Assembly (NCBI GenBank): GCA_046597055.1
Contig: JBKJLC010000131.1
Span: forward strand, 32,252-96,251
DNA: 64,000 nt
DNA from: Kofleriaceae bacterium
GTDB lineage: Bacteria > Myxococcota_A > Polyangia > Haliangiales > Haliangiaceae
Direction of reading: 5' to 3'
Each line of letters starts with the position of its first letter. The first letter of the stretch is position 1. This document shows positions 38,848 through 51,562 of the stretch, piece after piece. Position numbers and translations under genes: made by a program. The notes under the pieces were generated by a model, which had not been told where the DNA came from, did no database searches, and worked only from the letters and a program-made list of their open reading frames with translations.

Positions 38848-40443
38848 TCAGGGTCGCAAAAGATCGGCGAGATCGCTGGGCGCGACCTCGATCACTCGGC
38901 AGTCTCCCGGGGCCGCGCACGCCACGAACCCGATGTGGGTCCCACGGCGCTTCTTGTCCACCACGACGCGCGCCAGCACGTCGTCGCGCAGCCAGGGATC
39001 GAGCTGGCAGGGTAGCCCGGTCGCGCGCAAGGCGTCCGAGATCCGGACCTCGAGGTCGGCGCTGGCGACCCCGAGCCGGGCCGACAGCCGCGCCATCGCC
39101 ACCAGGCCAAGGCCGACCGCCTCGCCGTGGAGGAGCTGCCAGTCGGCCGCAGCTTCGATCGCGTGGCCGATGGTGTGACCGAGGTTGAGGAGCGCGCGCT
39201 CGCCGCGCCGCTCGAGCTCGTCGCGGCTGACCACCGCCGCCTTCAGGGCGGCCGCGCGCTCGATCACCGCCGCCACCGCCGGCGGGGTCGGGGCCGCATC
39301 GTCCGCGGCCCACCCGGTGAGCCCGGCGATCGCGTCCCACAGCGGCTCGCCGTCGAGCAGCGCGTACTTCCACAGCTCGCCGAAGCCGGCGCGGCGCTCG
39401 CGCGGCGGCAGGGTCGCCAGGGTCGGCGTGTGCGCGTGGACCAGCCGGGGCTGGTGGAACGCGCCGACCAGGTTCTTGCCGGCCGGGAGATCGACCGCGG
39501 TCTTGCCGCCGATCGCCGAGTCGGTCATCGCCACCAGGGTGGTCGGCAGCTGGACCACGGCGACGCCGCGGTAGAGCGTCGCCGCGACGAAGCCGGCCAG
39601 ATCCCCGACCACGCCGCCGCCGAGCGCCCAGATCGTCGCGTGGCGGTCGAGCCCGGCCGCGACCAGGCCGGCGGCGAGCCGACCGTACTGCTCGAGCGAC
39701 TTCGAGGCCTCGCCGGCCGGGACCACCTCGACGTGGAGCTCGGCGCCGGCCGCGGTGAGCGCGTCGTGATAGGCCGGCACCCAGCCGGCCAGGTTGGCGT
39801 CGGCGACCAGCGCGCCCTTGCCGGGCGTGACGTGGCGGGCCAGCGCGGCCTCGAGCGGCTGGTCGCTGACGACGATCGGATAGCTGCGGGCGCCGAGGCT
39901 CACCCACGGGGTCGCGGTGCCGAGCGCATCGGCGCCGCGGACCAGCCGGACCACCTCGCCGGCGACGTCGGCGGCGCTGCGGTCGTCGGTGACCACCACC
40001 GCGTGGGCGCGGCGGTAGGCGCGGGCGCGCTCGCGGTACATCGCGGCGAGCTCATCGCGGGGGCGCCCGAGCAGGGGCCGCGAGCCGCTGCTCGCGGCGC
40101 GTCCCAGCGCGGTGTCGAGATCGACCGCGAGCGCGACCACCAGGCCAGCGGCCCGCATGCGCGCGAGGTTGTCGCCCCACGCGGCGGCGCCGCCGCCGGT
40201 GGCGATCAGGCGCGGGGTGTCGCCGGGCGGGTCGGCGATCAGGCTGGCGATCGCCTCGGCCTCGCGCCGGCGGAAGTCGGCCTCGTCGGCCGCGACCAGC
40301 GCCGCGGCCGGGCGACCGGCGTGCTCGGCGATCACGTCATCGACGTCGACGAAGCCACGGCCCAGCCGCGCCGCCGCGAGCTGACCCACGGTGGTCTTGC
40401 CGGCGGCCGGGAAGCCGATCAAGAAGACGGGAAGCGACGACAT
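38848..40443 (-). CDS. aroB: Bifunctional shikimate kinase / 3-dehydroquinate synthase
   Basis: GFPAAGKTT, ATGGG, RPLL; GGGVVGDLAGF, PTTL, GGKTA, LNLGHTIGHAIE. Confidence 0.95.
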   Translation of the reverse strand: MSSLPVFLIGFPAAGKTTVGQLAAARLGRGFVDVDDVIAEHAGRPAAALVAADEADFRRREAEAIASLIADPPGDTPRLIATGGGAAAWGDNLARMRAAGLVVALAVDLDTALGRAASSGSRPLLGRPRDELAAMYRERARAYRRAHAVVVTDDRSAADVAGEVVRLVRGADALGTATPWVSLGARSYPIVVSDQPLEAALARHVTPGKGALVADANLAGWVPAYHDALTAAGAELHVEVVPAGEASKSLEQYGRLAAGLVAAGLDRHATIWALGGGVVGDLAGFVAATLYRGVAVVQLPTTLVAMTDSAIGGKTAVDLPAGKNLVGAFHQPRLVHAHTPTLATLPPRERRAGFGELWKYALLDGEPLWDAIAGLTGWAADDAAPTPPAVAAVIERAAALKAAVVSRDELERRGERALLNLGHTIGHAIEAAADWQLLHGEAVGLGLVAMARLSARLGVASADLEVRISDALRATGLPCQLDPWLRDDVLARVVVDKKRRGTHIGFVACAAPGDCRVIEVAPSDLADLLRP

Positions 40444-40470
40444 GAGCGAGGGTAGCTGACCCGCGCGGGA

Positions 40471-43400
40471 TCAGCCTCCGACGCAGCGGAGCGCGCCCTT
40501 GTTGGTGATCTTCGGCGTGATGAAGATCAGCAGCTCGGCGCGGTCGTCGTTCTCGCGGCGCGACTTGAACAGCCAGCCGAACACCGGCAGGTCGGCGAAG
40601 AACGGGACCTTCGAGTACGACAGGCCGGTGTTGCGGGTGTAGATGCCGCCCATGACCGACGTCTCGCCGTCGGCGACCAGCATGCGGGTGCTGGCCTCCT
40701 TGTTGAGGATGGTCGGATCGCCGCGCGCGCCGGTGTTGACGAAGTCGGGCTCGTCCTTGGTCACCGCGACGTCCATGACGATCGCGCAGTCGCGCTGCGA
40801 CACGTACGGCGTGACGATCAGCGACAGGTTGGCGTTGATGAACTGGGTCTGGGTGCCCTGGGCGCTGCTGATCGAGATCGGGATCTTCACGCCCTGCCGC
40901 ATCTCGGCCTTGGTGTTGTTGAGGACGGTCACCTTGGGCGCCGAGATGATGCGGACCGTGCCCGACTCCTCGAGCGCCGACAGGCGGAGGTTGATGTTGA
41001 CGTTGCCGCCGACCGACCCGAGGGTCAGGCCGATGGCGCCGTTGGTGCCGCCGGCCGGCAGGTTGATCGCGTAGTCGGCCGGCGCCGCGACCCCGACCTC
41101 GCTCTTGTCGCCGTCGGCCGCGCCACCGAGCAGGTTGACCGTCGACGGGAAGATCAGGCCGGTCGCGTTGCCGGAGGTGCTCCCGTTCAGCGAGCGACCG
41201 CCCCACTGGATGCCGATCTGGCGCTCGTAGCTCGACCGGGCCTCGACGATGCGGGCCTCGATCGAGATCTGCGGGGTCTGGGTGTCGAGCCGCGCGGCCA
41301 GGTCGATCACCTCGCGCCGGTTGCGCGCGATGTCGTTGACGATGATCGAGTTGGTCCGCTCGTCGACCTCGATCTTGCCCTTGGGCGACAGCAGCGGCGC
41401 GAGCTTGGGCTGCAGCTGCGCGGCGTTGGCGTAGTTGAGCGTGAACACGTCGGGCTGCGGCGACTCCAGCTCGACCATCGCCTTCTGGCGCGCGGCCTCG
41501 GCCTCGTCCTCGGCGTCGAGCTGCTTGCGCGGCGCGACCCGGTACAGGTTGCCCTCCTTGCGGTAGCCGAGGCCCTTGGACGCGAGGATCACGTCGAGCG
41601 CCTGATCCCACGGCACCCGCTTCATGCGGACGGTGACCGTGGCGTTGATCTCGTCGGGGACGACGATGTTGACGCGCCCGACGTCGGCCAGCAGGCGCAG
41701 CAGGTCGTGGATGTCGGCCTCCTTGAAGTCGAGGTCGATGGTCGCGCCGCGGTAGGTCTTGCGGCGGGCGCCGAGCTGGGCGACCGAGCTCTGGGTCACC
41801 GGCGCCGAGGTCGCGCCGAAGCCGCCGACCACCGGGGGCCGCTGGCGCTGGGTCCTGACCTGCGCGACACCGGCGGTCGCGAAGTGGAGGCTGACCGCGC
41901 CGCCGCTGGTGTCGAGCCGCGGGGTGGCGTCGGCGGTGAGGTCGACCACCACGCGGACGTCGCCGCGCACGTCGGTGTACGAGGACACCGCCTTGACCGG
42001 ACCGCGGAAGCGGCTGGTGTCGAGGGTCTTGGCCAGCGGGGCCGGGAGGGTCGCGCCGTGGATCACGAGCTCGGCGCGCCGGCGCGTGGTCTGCATGAGC
42101 TCGGCGGTCGCGCCCTTGCCGTCGAGATCGACGACCACGCTGTGCTGGCTGTCGGTGGGCGTGAAGTGGACCGCGGCCACCCGCGCGGTGGGCCGGGCCG
42201 GGCCGGCCTCGACGGTGGGGTTGGCGCGCGGCGCCGCCTTGCGCGCGGCGGGTGCGGCCGCGGCGGCGGCCCGATCGGCGCGCAGCGCGGCCAGCGCTTT
42301 CTCCTCGGCGGCGCGGGCCGCGGTCACCTCGGCGAGCCGGGCCTCCTCGCGGGCGCGGGCGTCGCGGGCGCTGGCGGCGGCCTGCTTGAGCCGCTCGACC
42401 TCGGTCTGCGCGGCCTTGCGATCGGCGGCGAGGCGCTCGGCCTCGCCCCGGTTGCGGGCGACCTCGCGCGAGCGGGCGGCCAGCTCCTGCTCGGCGGCCT
42501 TGCGGGCGGTGGTGAGCCGCTCGGCCTCGGCCCGCGCGCGGTCGAGCTCGACGGTGGACACCTTGCGGCGCGCGGCGTCCTTGGCGGTCGCCTCGGCGGC
42601 GGTGGCCGCGGCCTGGCGGTCGCGCGCGACCCGGGCGGCCTCGCGCTCCGAGGCCAGCGCCGCCTCGAGCTCGGCGGCCGCGGTCGCGGCGGCCTGACGG
42701 CGCGCCTCGGCGTCGCCGCGCGCACGGGTGGCGGCCTTGGTGGCCTGCTCCTCGGCGACCCGGGCGGTGCGGGCGGTGGCGGCGGCCCGCTCCTCGACCC
42801 GGCGGGCCGACCGGGCGGCGGCGGCCGCGCGCTCCTCGGTGGCGCGCTCGGTCTTGGCGGCGGCGGCCGCTTGCTCCTCGGTGGTGCGGGTCGACCGGGC
42901 GGCGGCGGCCGCCTGCTCCTCGGTCGTACGCCGGGCGCGTGCCGCGGCGGTCGCCTGCTCCTCGCTCGCGCGCGCCTGCTCGGCCGCGGCGCGGCGCGCC
43001 TCGGCCCGCTCGGCGGCGGCGAGCGTGTCGGTGCGACGCTGCTCGGTGGCCGCGAGCGCGGCCTCGGCCGCGGCGGCCCCCTTGCGGGCGCGCGCCGCGG
43101 CGGTCTCGGCGGCCTTGCGCTGCGCCTCGGCGGCATCGCGGGCGGCGTCGGCGCGGGCGAGCCGGGCGGCGGCCTCCTTCACGTTGCGGTCGGCGGCGGC
43201 GCGGGCGGCGGAGGCGTCGCCGGTCGCACCCCGGGCCTCGCGGCGCGCCTCGGCGGCGGCCTCGACCGCGGCAGCGGCGGCCTGACGCTCGCTGGCGGCG
43301 TCGACCAGCGCGGCACGGGCCGCCTGCTCGCGCGTCTCGGCCTGGGCCTGGGAGTCACGCGCAGCCGCGCCAGCCTGCTCGGCGCGACGGGCGGCGGTCT

Positions 43401-44934
43401 CGATCTTGGCCAGCTCGGCCTTGGCCTGCGCCAGCATGCGGTCGGCCTCGGCGCGGGCCTTGGCCGCGGCCTTGCGGTCGCGCTCGCTCTCGGCCTTGGC
43501 GCGGGTCGCATCGGCGCTCGCCTGCGCGGCGGCCTGGCGGTCGCGCTCGCTCTCGGCCTTGGCGCGGGTCGCATCGGCGCTCGCCTGCGCGGCGGCCTGG
43601 CGATCGCGCTCGCTCTCCTGCTTGGCCTTGGCGGCGTCGGCCACCAGGCGCACCGCCGCGGCCTTCGCCACGTCGGCGTCGGCGCGGGCCCGGACGATCT
43701 CCTGCTCGGCCGCGGTCTGCGCGGCCCGGGCGTCGGCGCGGGCCTGCTCGGCCGCGGCCTGGGCGGCCTTGGCCCGCACCAGCTCGCGCTCGGCCGCGAG
43801 CTTGCTCGCCTGGGCATCCTTGGTCGACGACGACCGCGCCTTGGTAGCCTCGGTGCGCGCGGCATCGGCGGCCGCGCGGGCGCGGACCGCGTCCTGCTCG
43901 GCGGCGGCCTGGGCCCCCTTCGCGCGCGCCAGCGCCTGCTCGGCGGCGGCCTTGGCCGCCAGCGCGTCCCGGGTGGTCAGCTGCTGCGAGCGCGCGGCCT
44001 CGGTCTTCGCCGCGTCGGCGGCGGCCCGGGCCCGGACGATCTCCTGCTCGGCGGCGGTCTGCGCAGTCTTCGCCTCGGCCTGCGCCTGCACCGCGGCTTG
44101 CTGGGCGGCAGCGGCGGCGGCGCGGGCACGCGCGAGCTCCGCGCGGGCGGCGGCGACCTGCTGATCGGCGGCGGCCTTGTCCTGGCGACCGGCGCGCGCG
44201 GCCTCGGTCTGCGCCTTCTCGGCGGCGGCCTGGGCGGCCTGGGCCCGGCTCGCCTCGATCCGGGCCGCGTCGCGCGCGGCGGCGGCATCGCCCTTGGCCC
44301 GGTCGGCGTCGGTGCGCGCGGCCGCGGCCGCGGTCCGGGCCAGGTCGGCCTCGGCCACCATGCGGGCCGCCTCGTCGCGCGCGGCCTGGGCGGCGGCGCG
44401 GTTCTTCATCAGCTCGGCCTTGGCGGCGGCGGCATCCTTGCGCGCGCTGGCCGCGTCGGCGGTGGCGCGGGCCAGGTCGGCGGCGGAGACCGCGACCGGC
44501 GCCGGATCGCGCGCGGTCACCTCGATCACGACCTCCTTGCCGACCGCCTTGACATCGTAACGCCCGGGCCGGGCCAGGGTCACCACCACCCGCACCGAGG
44601 TCGAGCCGTCCTCCAGCGCCTGCGCGGCGACCTGGCTCACGGCCCAGCTGCCGACCGCGAAGGTCACCGCCGGCTCGTCACCGCGCACCGCCTCGGCGAG
44701 GGTCGCATGGGCCACGTCGATCACGACCCGGGTCGGACGCTCGAGCTTGTAGACCGTGAAGGTCGGAGTCTCGGTGCCCTGGACGCGGACCGTCGTCGTG
44801 CCCTTGGCCTCCGCGATCGCGACGGCGCGGATCTGGTTCTTGCCCCCGGCGCGCGCCGGCAGCGATCCAACCGCGACCAGGCCCACCAGGCCCGCGATCA
44901 CGCACAGCGTCCAACGATACTTGCGATCCTGCAT
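40471..44934 (-). CDS. pilQ: Type IV pilus secretin with large Ala-rich coiled-coil insertion
   Basis: N-terminal AMIN (P.RVVIDV), second AMIN, IDLDFKEADI, VPWDQALD, QISIEARIVE, ELLIFITPKI; 1487 aa. Confidence 0.95.
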   Translation of the reverse strand: MQDRKYRWTLCVIAGLVGLVAVGSLPARAGGKNQIRAVAIAEAKGTTTVRVQGTETPTFTVYKLERPTRVVIDVAHATLAEAVRGDEPAVTFAVGSWAVSQVAAQALEDGSTSVRVVVTLARPGRYDVKAVGKEVVIEVTARDPAPVAVSAADLARATADAASARKDAAAAKAELMKNRAAAQAARDEAARMVAEADLARTAAAAARTDADRAKGDAAAARDAARIEASRAQAAQAAAEKAQTEAARAGRQDKAAADQQVAAARAELARARAAAAAAQQAAVQAQAEAKTAQTAAEQEIVRARAAADAAKTEAARSQQLTTRDALAAKAAAEQALARAKGAQAAAEQDAVRARAAADAARTEATKARSSSTKDAQASKLAAERELVRAKAAQAAAEQARADARAAQTAAEQEIVRARADADVAKAAAVRLVADAAKAKQESERDRQAAAQASADATRAKAESERDRQAAAQASADATRAKAESERDRKAAAKARAEADRMLAQAKAELAKIETAARRAEQAGAAARDSQAQAETREQAARAALVDAASERQAAAAAVEAAAEARREARGATGDASAARAAADRNVKEAAARLARADAARDAAEAQRKAAETAAARARKGAAAAEAALAATEQRRTDTLAAAERAEARRAAAEQARASEEQATAAARARRTTEEQAAAAARSTRTTEEQAAAAAKTERATEERAAAAARSARRVEERAAATARTARVAEEQATKAATRARGDAEARRQAAATAAAELEAALASEREAARVARDRQAAATAAEATAKDAARRKVSTVELDRARAEAERLTTARKAAEQELAARSREVARNRGEAERLAADRKAAQTEVERLKQAAASARDARAREEARLAEVTAARAAEEKALAALRADRAAAAAAPAARKAAPRANPTVEAGPARPTARVAAVHFTPTDSQHSVVVDLDGKGATAELMQTTRRRAELVIHGATLPAPLAKTLDTSRFRGPVKAVSSYTDVRGDVRVVVDLTADATPRLDTSGGAVSLHFATAGVAQVRTQRQRPPVVGGFGATSAPVTQSSVAQLGARRKTYRGATIDLDFKEADIHDLLRLLADVGRVNIVVPDEINATVTVRMKRVPWDQALDVILASKGLGYRKEGNLYRVAPRKQLDAEDEAEAARQKAMVELESPQPDVFTLNYANAAQLQPKLAPLLSPKGKIEVDERTNSIIVNDIARNRREVIDLAARLDTQTPQISIEARIVEARSSYERQIGIQWGGRSLNGSTSGNATGLIFPSTVNLLGGAADGDKSEVGVAAPADYAINLPAGGTNGAIGLTLGSVGGNVNINLRLSALEESGTVRIISAPKVTVLNNTKAEMRQGVKIPISISSAQGTQTQFINANLSLIVTPYVSQRDCAIVMDVAVTKDEPDFVNTGARGDPTILNKEASTRMLVADGETSVMGGIYTRNTGLSYSKVPFFADLPVFGWLFKSRRENDDRAELLIFITPKITNKGALRCVGG
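43476..43617 (-). repeat. 63-bp tandem repeat (ESERDRQAAAQASADATRAKA, ~2.3 copies) in pilQ
   Basis: Near-identical DNA copies. Confidence 0.9.
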
Positions 44935-45101
44935 GATGACTCCTCGGGGACGAGCCCACGAGACGAACGAAGACAGACCTCGGCTGACGTGCGCCCCTGG
45001 CGCACGAACGACCGAACGCGGCCGGTCACGTGGCACCGGTACGCCTACAGCGCGAATTCTCACCCCCGCAGGCGGGGATCACAAATTTTCGACTGAATCG
45101 A

Positions 45102-45845
45102 CTACTGGCGGTTGGCCCCGTCGGGCGGGACCGCGGGCGTGGCCGGCCCCGGATCCACGGTTGGACGCGCCGGCCGGGCCGGCTCGTCTGCGCCGTCATC
45201 TTCGCCGAGGGGGAGCTCCTTGGGATAGAGCGGGATCGACCGCTCCTCGGGCGCCCGCGGCGGCTGGTTGGGCACCGGCTCCGGCGACAGCTCGAGCGTC
45301 ACGAAGCCCGCGCCGATCTCCTTGACCCGGGCCTTCTCCTTGCCGAGGCAGTCACCGCGGTGGACGATCCGGCCCTCGCCGCGGGTGTCGCTGAACAACG
45401 CGTAGCGGGTGGTGCCCTGCGACACGATCCCGATCAGCCGCAGCTCGCGCACGCCGTAGCCGCGCGCGATCTGCTTCTTGATCGGGCACACGTCGGTGGC
45501 CTCGACTGCGATCCCGGGCTCGGTCACGCCGACGCCGGGCTGGGTGATCACGAAGCTGCGGAATGGATCGCGGTTCTCGGTGCCGGTCGGATCGGGCGAG
45601 AAGTCGCGCTCGCGGAAGCCGTGCCGGATGTCGGGGCGCTCCTTGTCGGTGACGACGTCCTCGACCTTCCGGTAGACCCGGAGCGTCGAGGTGTCGGTGC
45701 CGCCCTTCTTCGCCGCGGCCCCGCCGGGCTTGGCCGCCGGCTTGGCCGCGGTCGCGGCCGGGCGCGGCGGTGGCGGCGGTGGCGGGTCGTCGCCGCACGC
45801 GGCCAGCGACAGCGTGATCAGGATCAGCGCGCACGACTTGCGCAT
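45102..45845 (-). CDS. pilP: Type IV pilus lipoprotein PilP
   Basis: LAAC lipobox; RDPF; LRLIGIV; GDCLGKE; between pilO and pilQ. Confidence 0.88.
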   Translation of the reverse strand: MRKSCALILITLSLAACGDDPPPPPPPRPAATAAKPAAKPGGAAAKKGGTDTSTLRVYRKVEDVVTDKERPDIRHGFRERDFSPDPTGTENRDPFRSFVITQPGVGVTEPGIAVEATDVCPIKKQIARGYGVRELRLIGIVSQGTTRYALFSDTRGEGRIVHRGDCLGKEKARVKEIGAGFVTLELSPEPVPNQPPRAPEERSIPLYPKELPLGEDDGADEPARPARPTVDPGPATPAVPPDGANRQ

Positions 45846-46657
45846 CACATGCCTCCCTTGACGCGACCGGTGCCGGTGCCGGCACCGGTGGCAGGCTTGC
45901 CGCCGGCGTCGCCGTCCACCTTCTGCACGCGGGTCTCGGATGCGGCGCCGGCGCCCTCGACCTGCCCCTTCATCTGCTGCGGATTGCCGCTGGTACCGGC
46001 GGCCGGCTTGGCCGCGGGCGGGGTGACCGCAGGCTCGGGCTGGTCGGCCGCGCGGAAGGTCGCGGCGGTGAACTTCGCGGTGAGCATGATCTCGCCGTTC
46101 TTCACCTTGGGGTCGGCGATCGAGAGGTTCTCGATCGTCACGATCCGATCCTTCTCCTCGACCGGGTCGGACGGCAGCCGCATCGCGGCGACGTCCTCGC
46201 CATCGGGCCGGAGCGACGCGAAGAACCGCTTGAGCTGGTAGAAGGTCCCGGTCACCTCGATGTCGACGGGCACCTTGACGAAGGTCTCGATCTGGACCTC
46301 CTTGCCGACCAGGCGCTTGATGGGCTCGACCCCGGCCTCGCCGGTGCGCCGCGCCAGCATGTCGAAGAACGCCGGCATCTCCGACTCGGTCGGCAGCGCC
46401 TTCTGGTTCTGCTCGATCTGCCGCTTGAGCTCGTCCTGGCGGAGCACCTTGCGGTCGTACTCGTCCTTCTGCTCCTTCAGCTTCTTCTCGTCGGCGCGGT
46501 CGGCGGCCAGCTCGGACTCGGCCTGCGTACGCGATTTCTTGAGCGGCTGGTAGCCGAACTGCCAGTAGAGGAGCCCGAGCAGCGCGCCGAGCGCGGCGAA
46601 GATGCCGATCTTGACGCGGGTCGGACGCCGGGCGAAATCTGCGAGTGCGCCGGCCAT
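45845..46657 (-). CDS. pilO: Type IV pilus alignment protein PilO
   Basis: TM plus coiled coil; LPTESEM; VPVDIEVTGTF; RIVTIENL. Confidence 0.92.
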   Translation of the reverse strand: MAGALADFARRPTRVKIGIFAALGALLGLLYWQFGYQPLKKSRTQAESELAADRADEKKLKEQKDEYDRKVLRQDELKRQIEQNQKALPTESEMPAFFDMLARRTGEAGVEPIKRLVGKEVQIETFVKVPVDIEVTGTFYQLKRFFASLRPDGEDVAAMRLPSDPVEEKDRIVTIENLSIADPKVKNGEIMLTAKFTAATFRAADQPEPAVTPPAAKPAAGTSGNPQQMKGQVEGAGAASETRVQKVDGDAGGKPATGAGTGTGRVKGGM

Positions 46658-47313
46658 CAGTACACCACCTTCCCGGTGATGGTGAACCGGTGGTACGTGA
46701 CGTTGAGGGTCTTGTCGTCGACCCGCTGGCTCGACGGCGAGGTGACCTCGGCGAAGTAGACCGACGCCAGCAAGCGCTTGGCGAGCTGCGGGATGTCACC
46801 CTCGGACTGGGCGCCGCCCTCGAGCGTGAACAGGTCGCCCTTGAGCGTGAAGCTGGTGATCCAGACGTGCTTCGGATCCCAGTCGAGCGAGAAGCGGCGG
46901 TTGGGGTCACCCTTGTTGGTGTCGCTCACGCGCTCGGCCATCTCCTTCGACATCGTCGGCAGCCGGCCCGGCGTGAGGACCTCGCCGAGCTCGTGCAAGA
47001 CGTTGTCGGGGACGACGATGGTGCCGACCAGGCGATCGATCGCCTTGCTGCGCTCCTCGTTGGCCGCGACGGCCGCGTTGATCTTGGGCAGGTTCTTGAC
47101 CGCCTCCGAGCTGCGCTTGCGGGCGTTCTGCGCCTGCAGCTCGCGCGACTGCTCGCGCAGCGCGTCGCGCTCGTTCGCGATCGGCAGGTGCGCGACCAGG
47201 AAGACCACGACACCCAGCGCCGCCAGGGCTCCGACCCCGATCAGCAGCTCGGCCTGACCAGGCTCGGCCTGGCGCTTGGGCCGCCGCTGCGGCAGCAGGT
47301 TGATTCTGATCAT
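46657..47313 (-). CDS. pilN: Type IV pilus alignment protein PilN
   Basis: MIRINLLP; VWITSF; LEGGA. Confidence 0.92.
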   Translation of the reverse strand: MIRINLLPQRRPKRQAEPGQAELLIGVGALAALGVVVFLVAHLPIANERDALREQSRELQAQNARKRSSEAVKNLPKINAAVAANEERSKAIDRLVGTIVVPDNVLHELGEVLTPGRLPTMSKEMAERVSDTNKGDPNRRFSLDWDPKHVWITSFTLKGDLFTLEGGAQSEGDIPQLAKRLLASVYFAEVTSPSSQRVDDKTLNVTYHRFTITGKVVY

Positions 47314-47323
47314 CGGTCGACCC

Positions 47324-48370
47324 TCACTTGTCCCCCGGTCCCCGCAGGGCCAGGCCCAGACCAACCAGGGCCTCGGGGGCATGGGCGGCCAGGTATCCGC
47401 GATCGAGGCCAGCCTCGATCTCGACCTTCTTCCAGGTGTCGATCACCTCGACGGTGAGCCGGCTGCGCCGCTCGATGGCCCGGTGCAGCGCGGCGACCTT
47501 CGCGGTGCCGCCGGCCAGGCACACGCGGGTGATGTTGGCGTCGACCGTGGTCGCCATGAAGAAGTCGAGCGAGCGCTGGAACTCGCCGGCGATCACCTCG
47601 GCCACGCCCTCGATGATGCGCTCGACCTCCTGCGGCACGACCCCGTTCTCGTCGTAGTTGCCGCCGACCTTGTAGGCCTCGGCCTCGTCGGCCGAGACCC
47701 CCAGCTGCTTCTGGATCTCCTCGGTGAACGCGTTGCCCCCGATCGTCACGTCGCGGGTGAACAGGCTGGCCCCGCCGCGCACGATGTTGATGTTGGAGAT
47801 CGCGGCGCCGACGGTGATGCAGACCGCGGTCTCGCGCGGGTCGAACGTGTAGTTGAGCTCGAACCCGTTCTGGCTGGCGAACGCGGCGACGTCGACCACC
47901 TGGGGCGAGAGCGCGGCGTCCCGGACGACCTGGACGTAGTCGGCGACCACGTCCTTCTTGGCGGCGACCAGCAGCAGCTCGGTCTGCCCCATCGCGTTCT
48001 GCTGGTTGATGACGTGGTAGTCGATCTCCACGTCATCCTTGGCGAACGGGATGTGGTGCTCGGCCTCTTGCTTGATCTGGTTGGCCAGATCGTCGGGCCG
48101 CATCTGCGGGACCGCGATCTTCTTGATGATGACCGAGTGACCGGCGATCGCGATCGCGACCTCCTTCTGACGCAGGCGCAGGCGGCTCCACAGCGCGCGG
48201 ATCGCCTCGACCACCGCCGACTGATCCATGATCGCGCCATCGACGATCGTCTGGGGCAACAGGGGCTGCATCCCGAACGCGGTCAAGACGTAGCCGGTGC
48301 GGCCCTTCTTGATCTGGACCGCCTTGATGCTGCTGGAACCGATGTCCAGACCGATGCAGTTCTTTGCCAT
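47324..48370 (-). CDS. pilM: Type IV pilus assembly protein PilM
   Basis: GLDIGSSSIK, LLVAAKK, GGNAFTEEI, GLALR. Confidence 0.96.
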   Translation of the reverse strand: MAKNCIGLDIGSSSIKAVQIKKGRTGYVLTAFGMQPLLPQTIVDGAIMDQSAVVEAIRALWSRLRLRQKEVAIAIAGHSVIIKKIAVPQMRPDDLANQIKQEAEHHIPFAKDDVEIDYHVINQQNAMGQTELLLVAAKKDVVADYVQVVRDAALSPQVVDVAAFASQNGFELNYTFDPRETAVCITVGAAISNINIVRGGASLFTRDVTIGGNAFTEEIQKQLGVSADEAEAYKVGGNYDENGVVPQEVERIIEGVAEVIAGEFQRSLDFFMATTVDANITRVCLAGGTAKVAALHRAIERRSRLTVEVIDTWKKVEIEAGLDRGYLAAHAPEALVGLGLALRGPGDK

Positions 48371-48431
48371 GGGTGTCCCCTACCTACGCTTGCCTACATG
48401 GTAGGTCCAGGTCGGATGAGATCGCAAATTT

Positions 48432-49682
<1,251 letters not shown>

Positions 49683-49843
49683 GCGTCCGACCCACCCCGG
49701 GCTCGACGAGGTCGCGAGCGACGTCAAGACGATCACGGTAACACGTGGCAAGACAGCGAGCCACCCGACCGCGGGTGGGGGGTCTGACACGCTTGCGGGC
49801 GCTTCCAGGCTTGATCTAGGATGCGCGAGCTTCTTGAGGGTGC

Positions 49844-49877
49844 GCCAACCACGTTGGCAATGCCAACCAGGTTGGCA
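49844..49877. promoter_or_regulatory. Tandem palindromic enhancer sites
   Basis: GCCAAC-CAC-GTTGGC and TGCCAAC-CAG-GTTGGCA. Confidence 0.7.
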
Positions 49878-49929
49878 GGCCGGGCGCCCACGGCCACACG
49901 TAACCTCCCGTCGCGACAGCAACGTATCG

Positions 49930-49945
49930 TGGCAATCGCCTTGCA
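49930..49945 (+). promoter_or_regulatory. sigma54 promoter
   Basis: TGGCAATCGCCTTGCA (GG-N10-GC). Confidence 0.85.
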
Positions 49946-49979
49946 AAGTCGGGACGAGCTACCTGCTGGAGGCCCATCA

Positions 49980-51443
<1,464 letters not shown>

Positions 51444-51470
51444 TCGTCAGCTGACACCGCGACGAAGGTT

Positions 51471-51504
51471 GCGAACGACCTGGCAGGAATGCCGGGTCGT
51501 TCGT
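51471..51504 (+). terminator. Intergenic stem-loop (terminator or stabiliser)
   Basis: GCGAACGACCTGGCA-GGAA-TGCCGGGTCGTTCGT; weak U tract. Confidence 0.55.
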
Positions 51505-51562
51505 CGTTTCGGCTGCCGCGCTTTGCGGTGACGGAACCACGAGGTGGCGGTCACGAACCGGC

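Noticed and set aside
42720..43620. Repeats in pilQ, the kinase, accB and the dioxygenase as a possible CRISPR array
   Set aside because: They are in-frame coding repeats with no unique spacers and no cas genes.
49821..49979. Extended N-termini from the ORF track (49821, 49946, 45063, 27345, 56874, 63282 etc.)
   Set aside because: They overlap promoters or neighbouring genes; downstream starts fit signal peptides, SD sites or -10 elements better.
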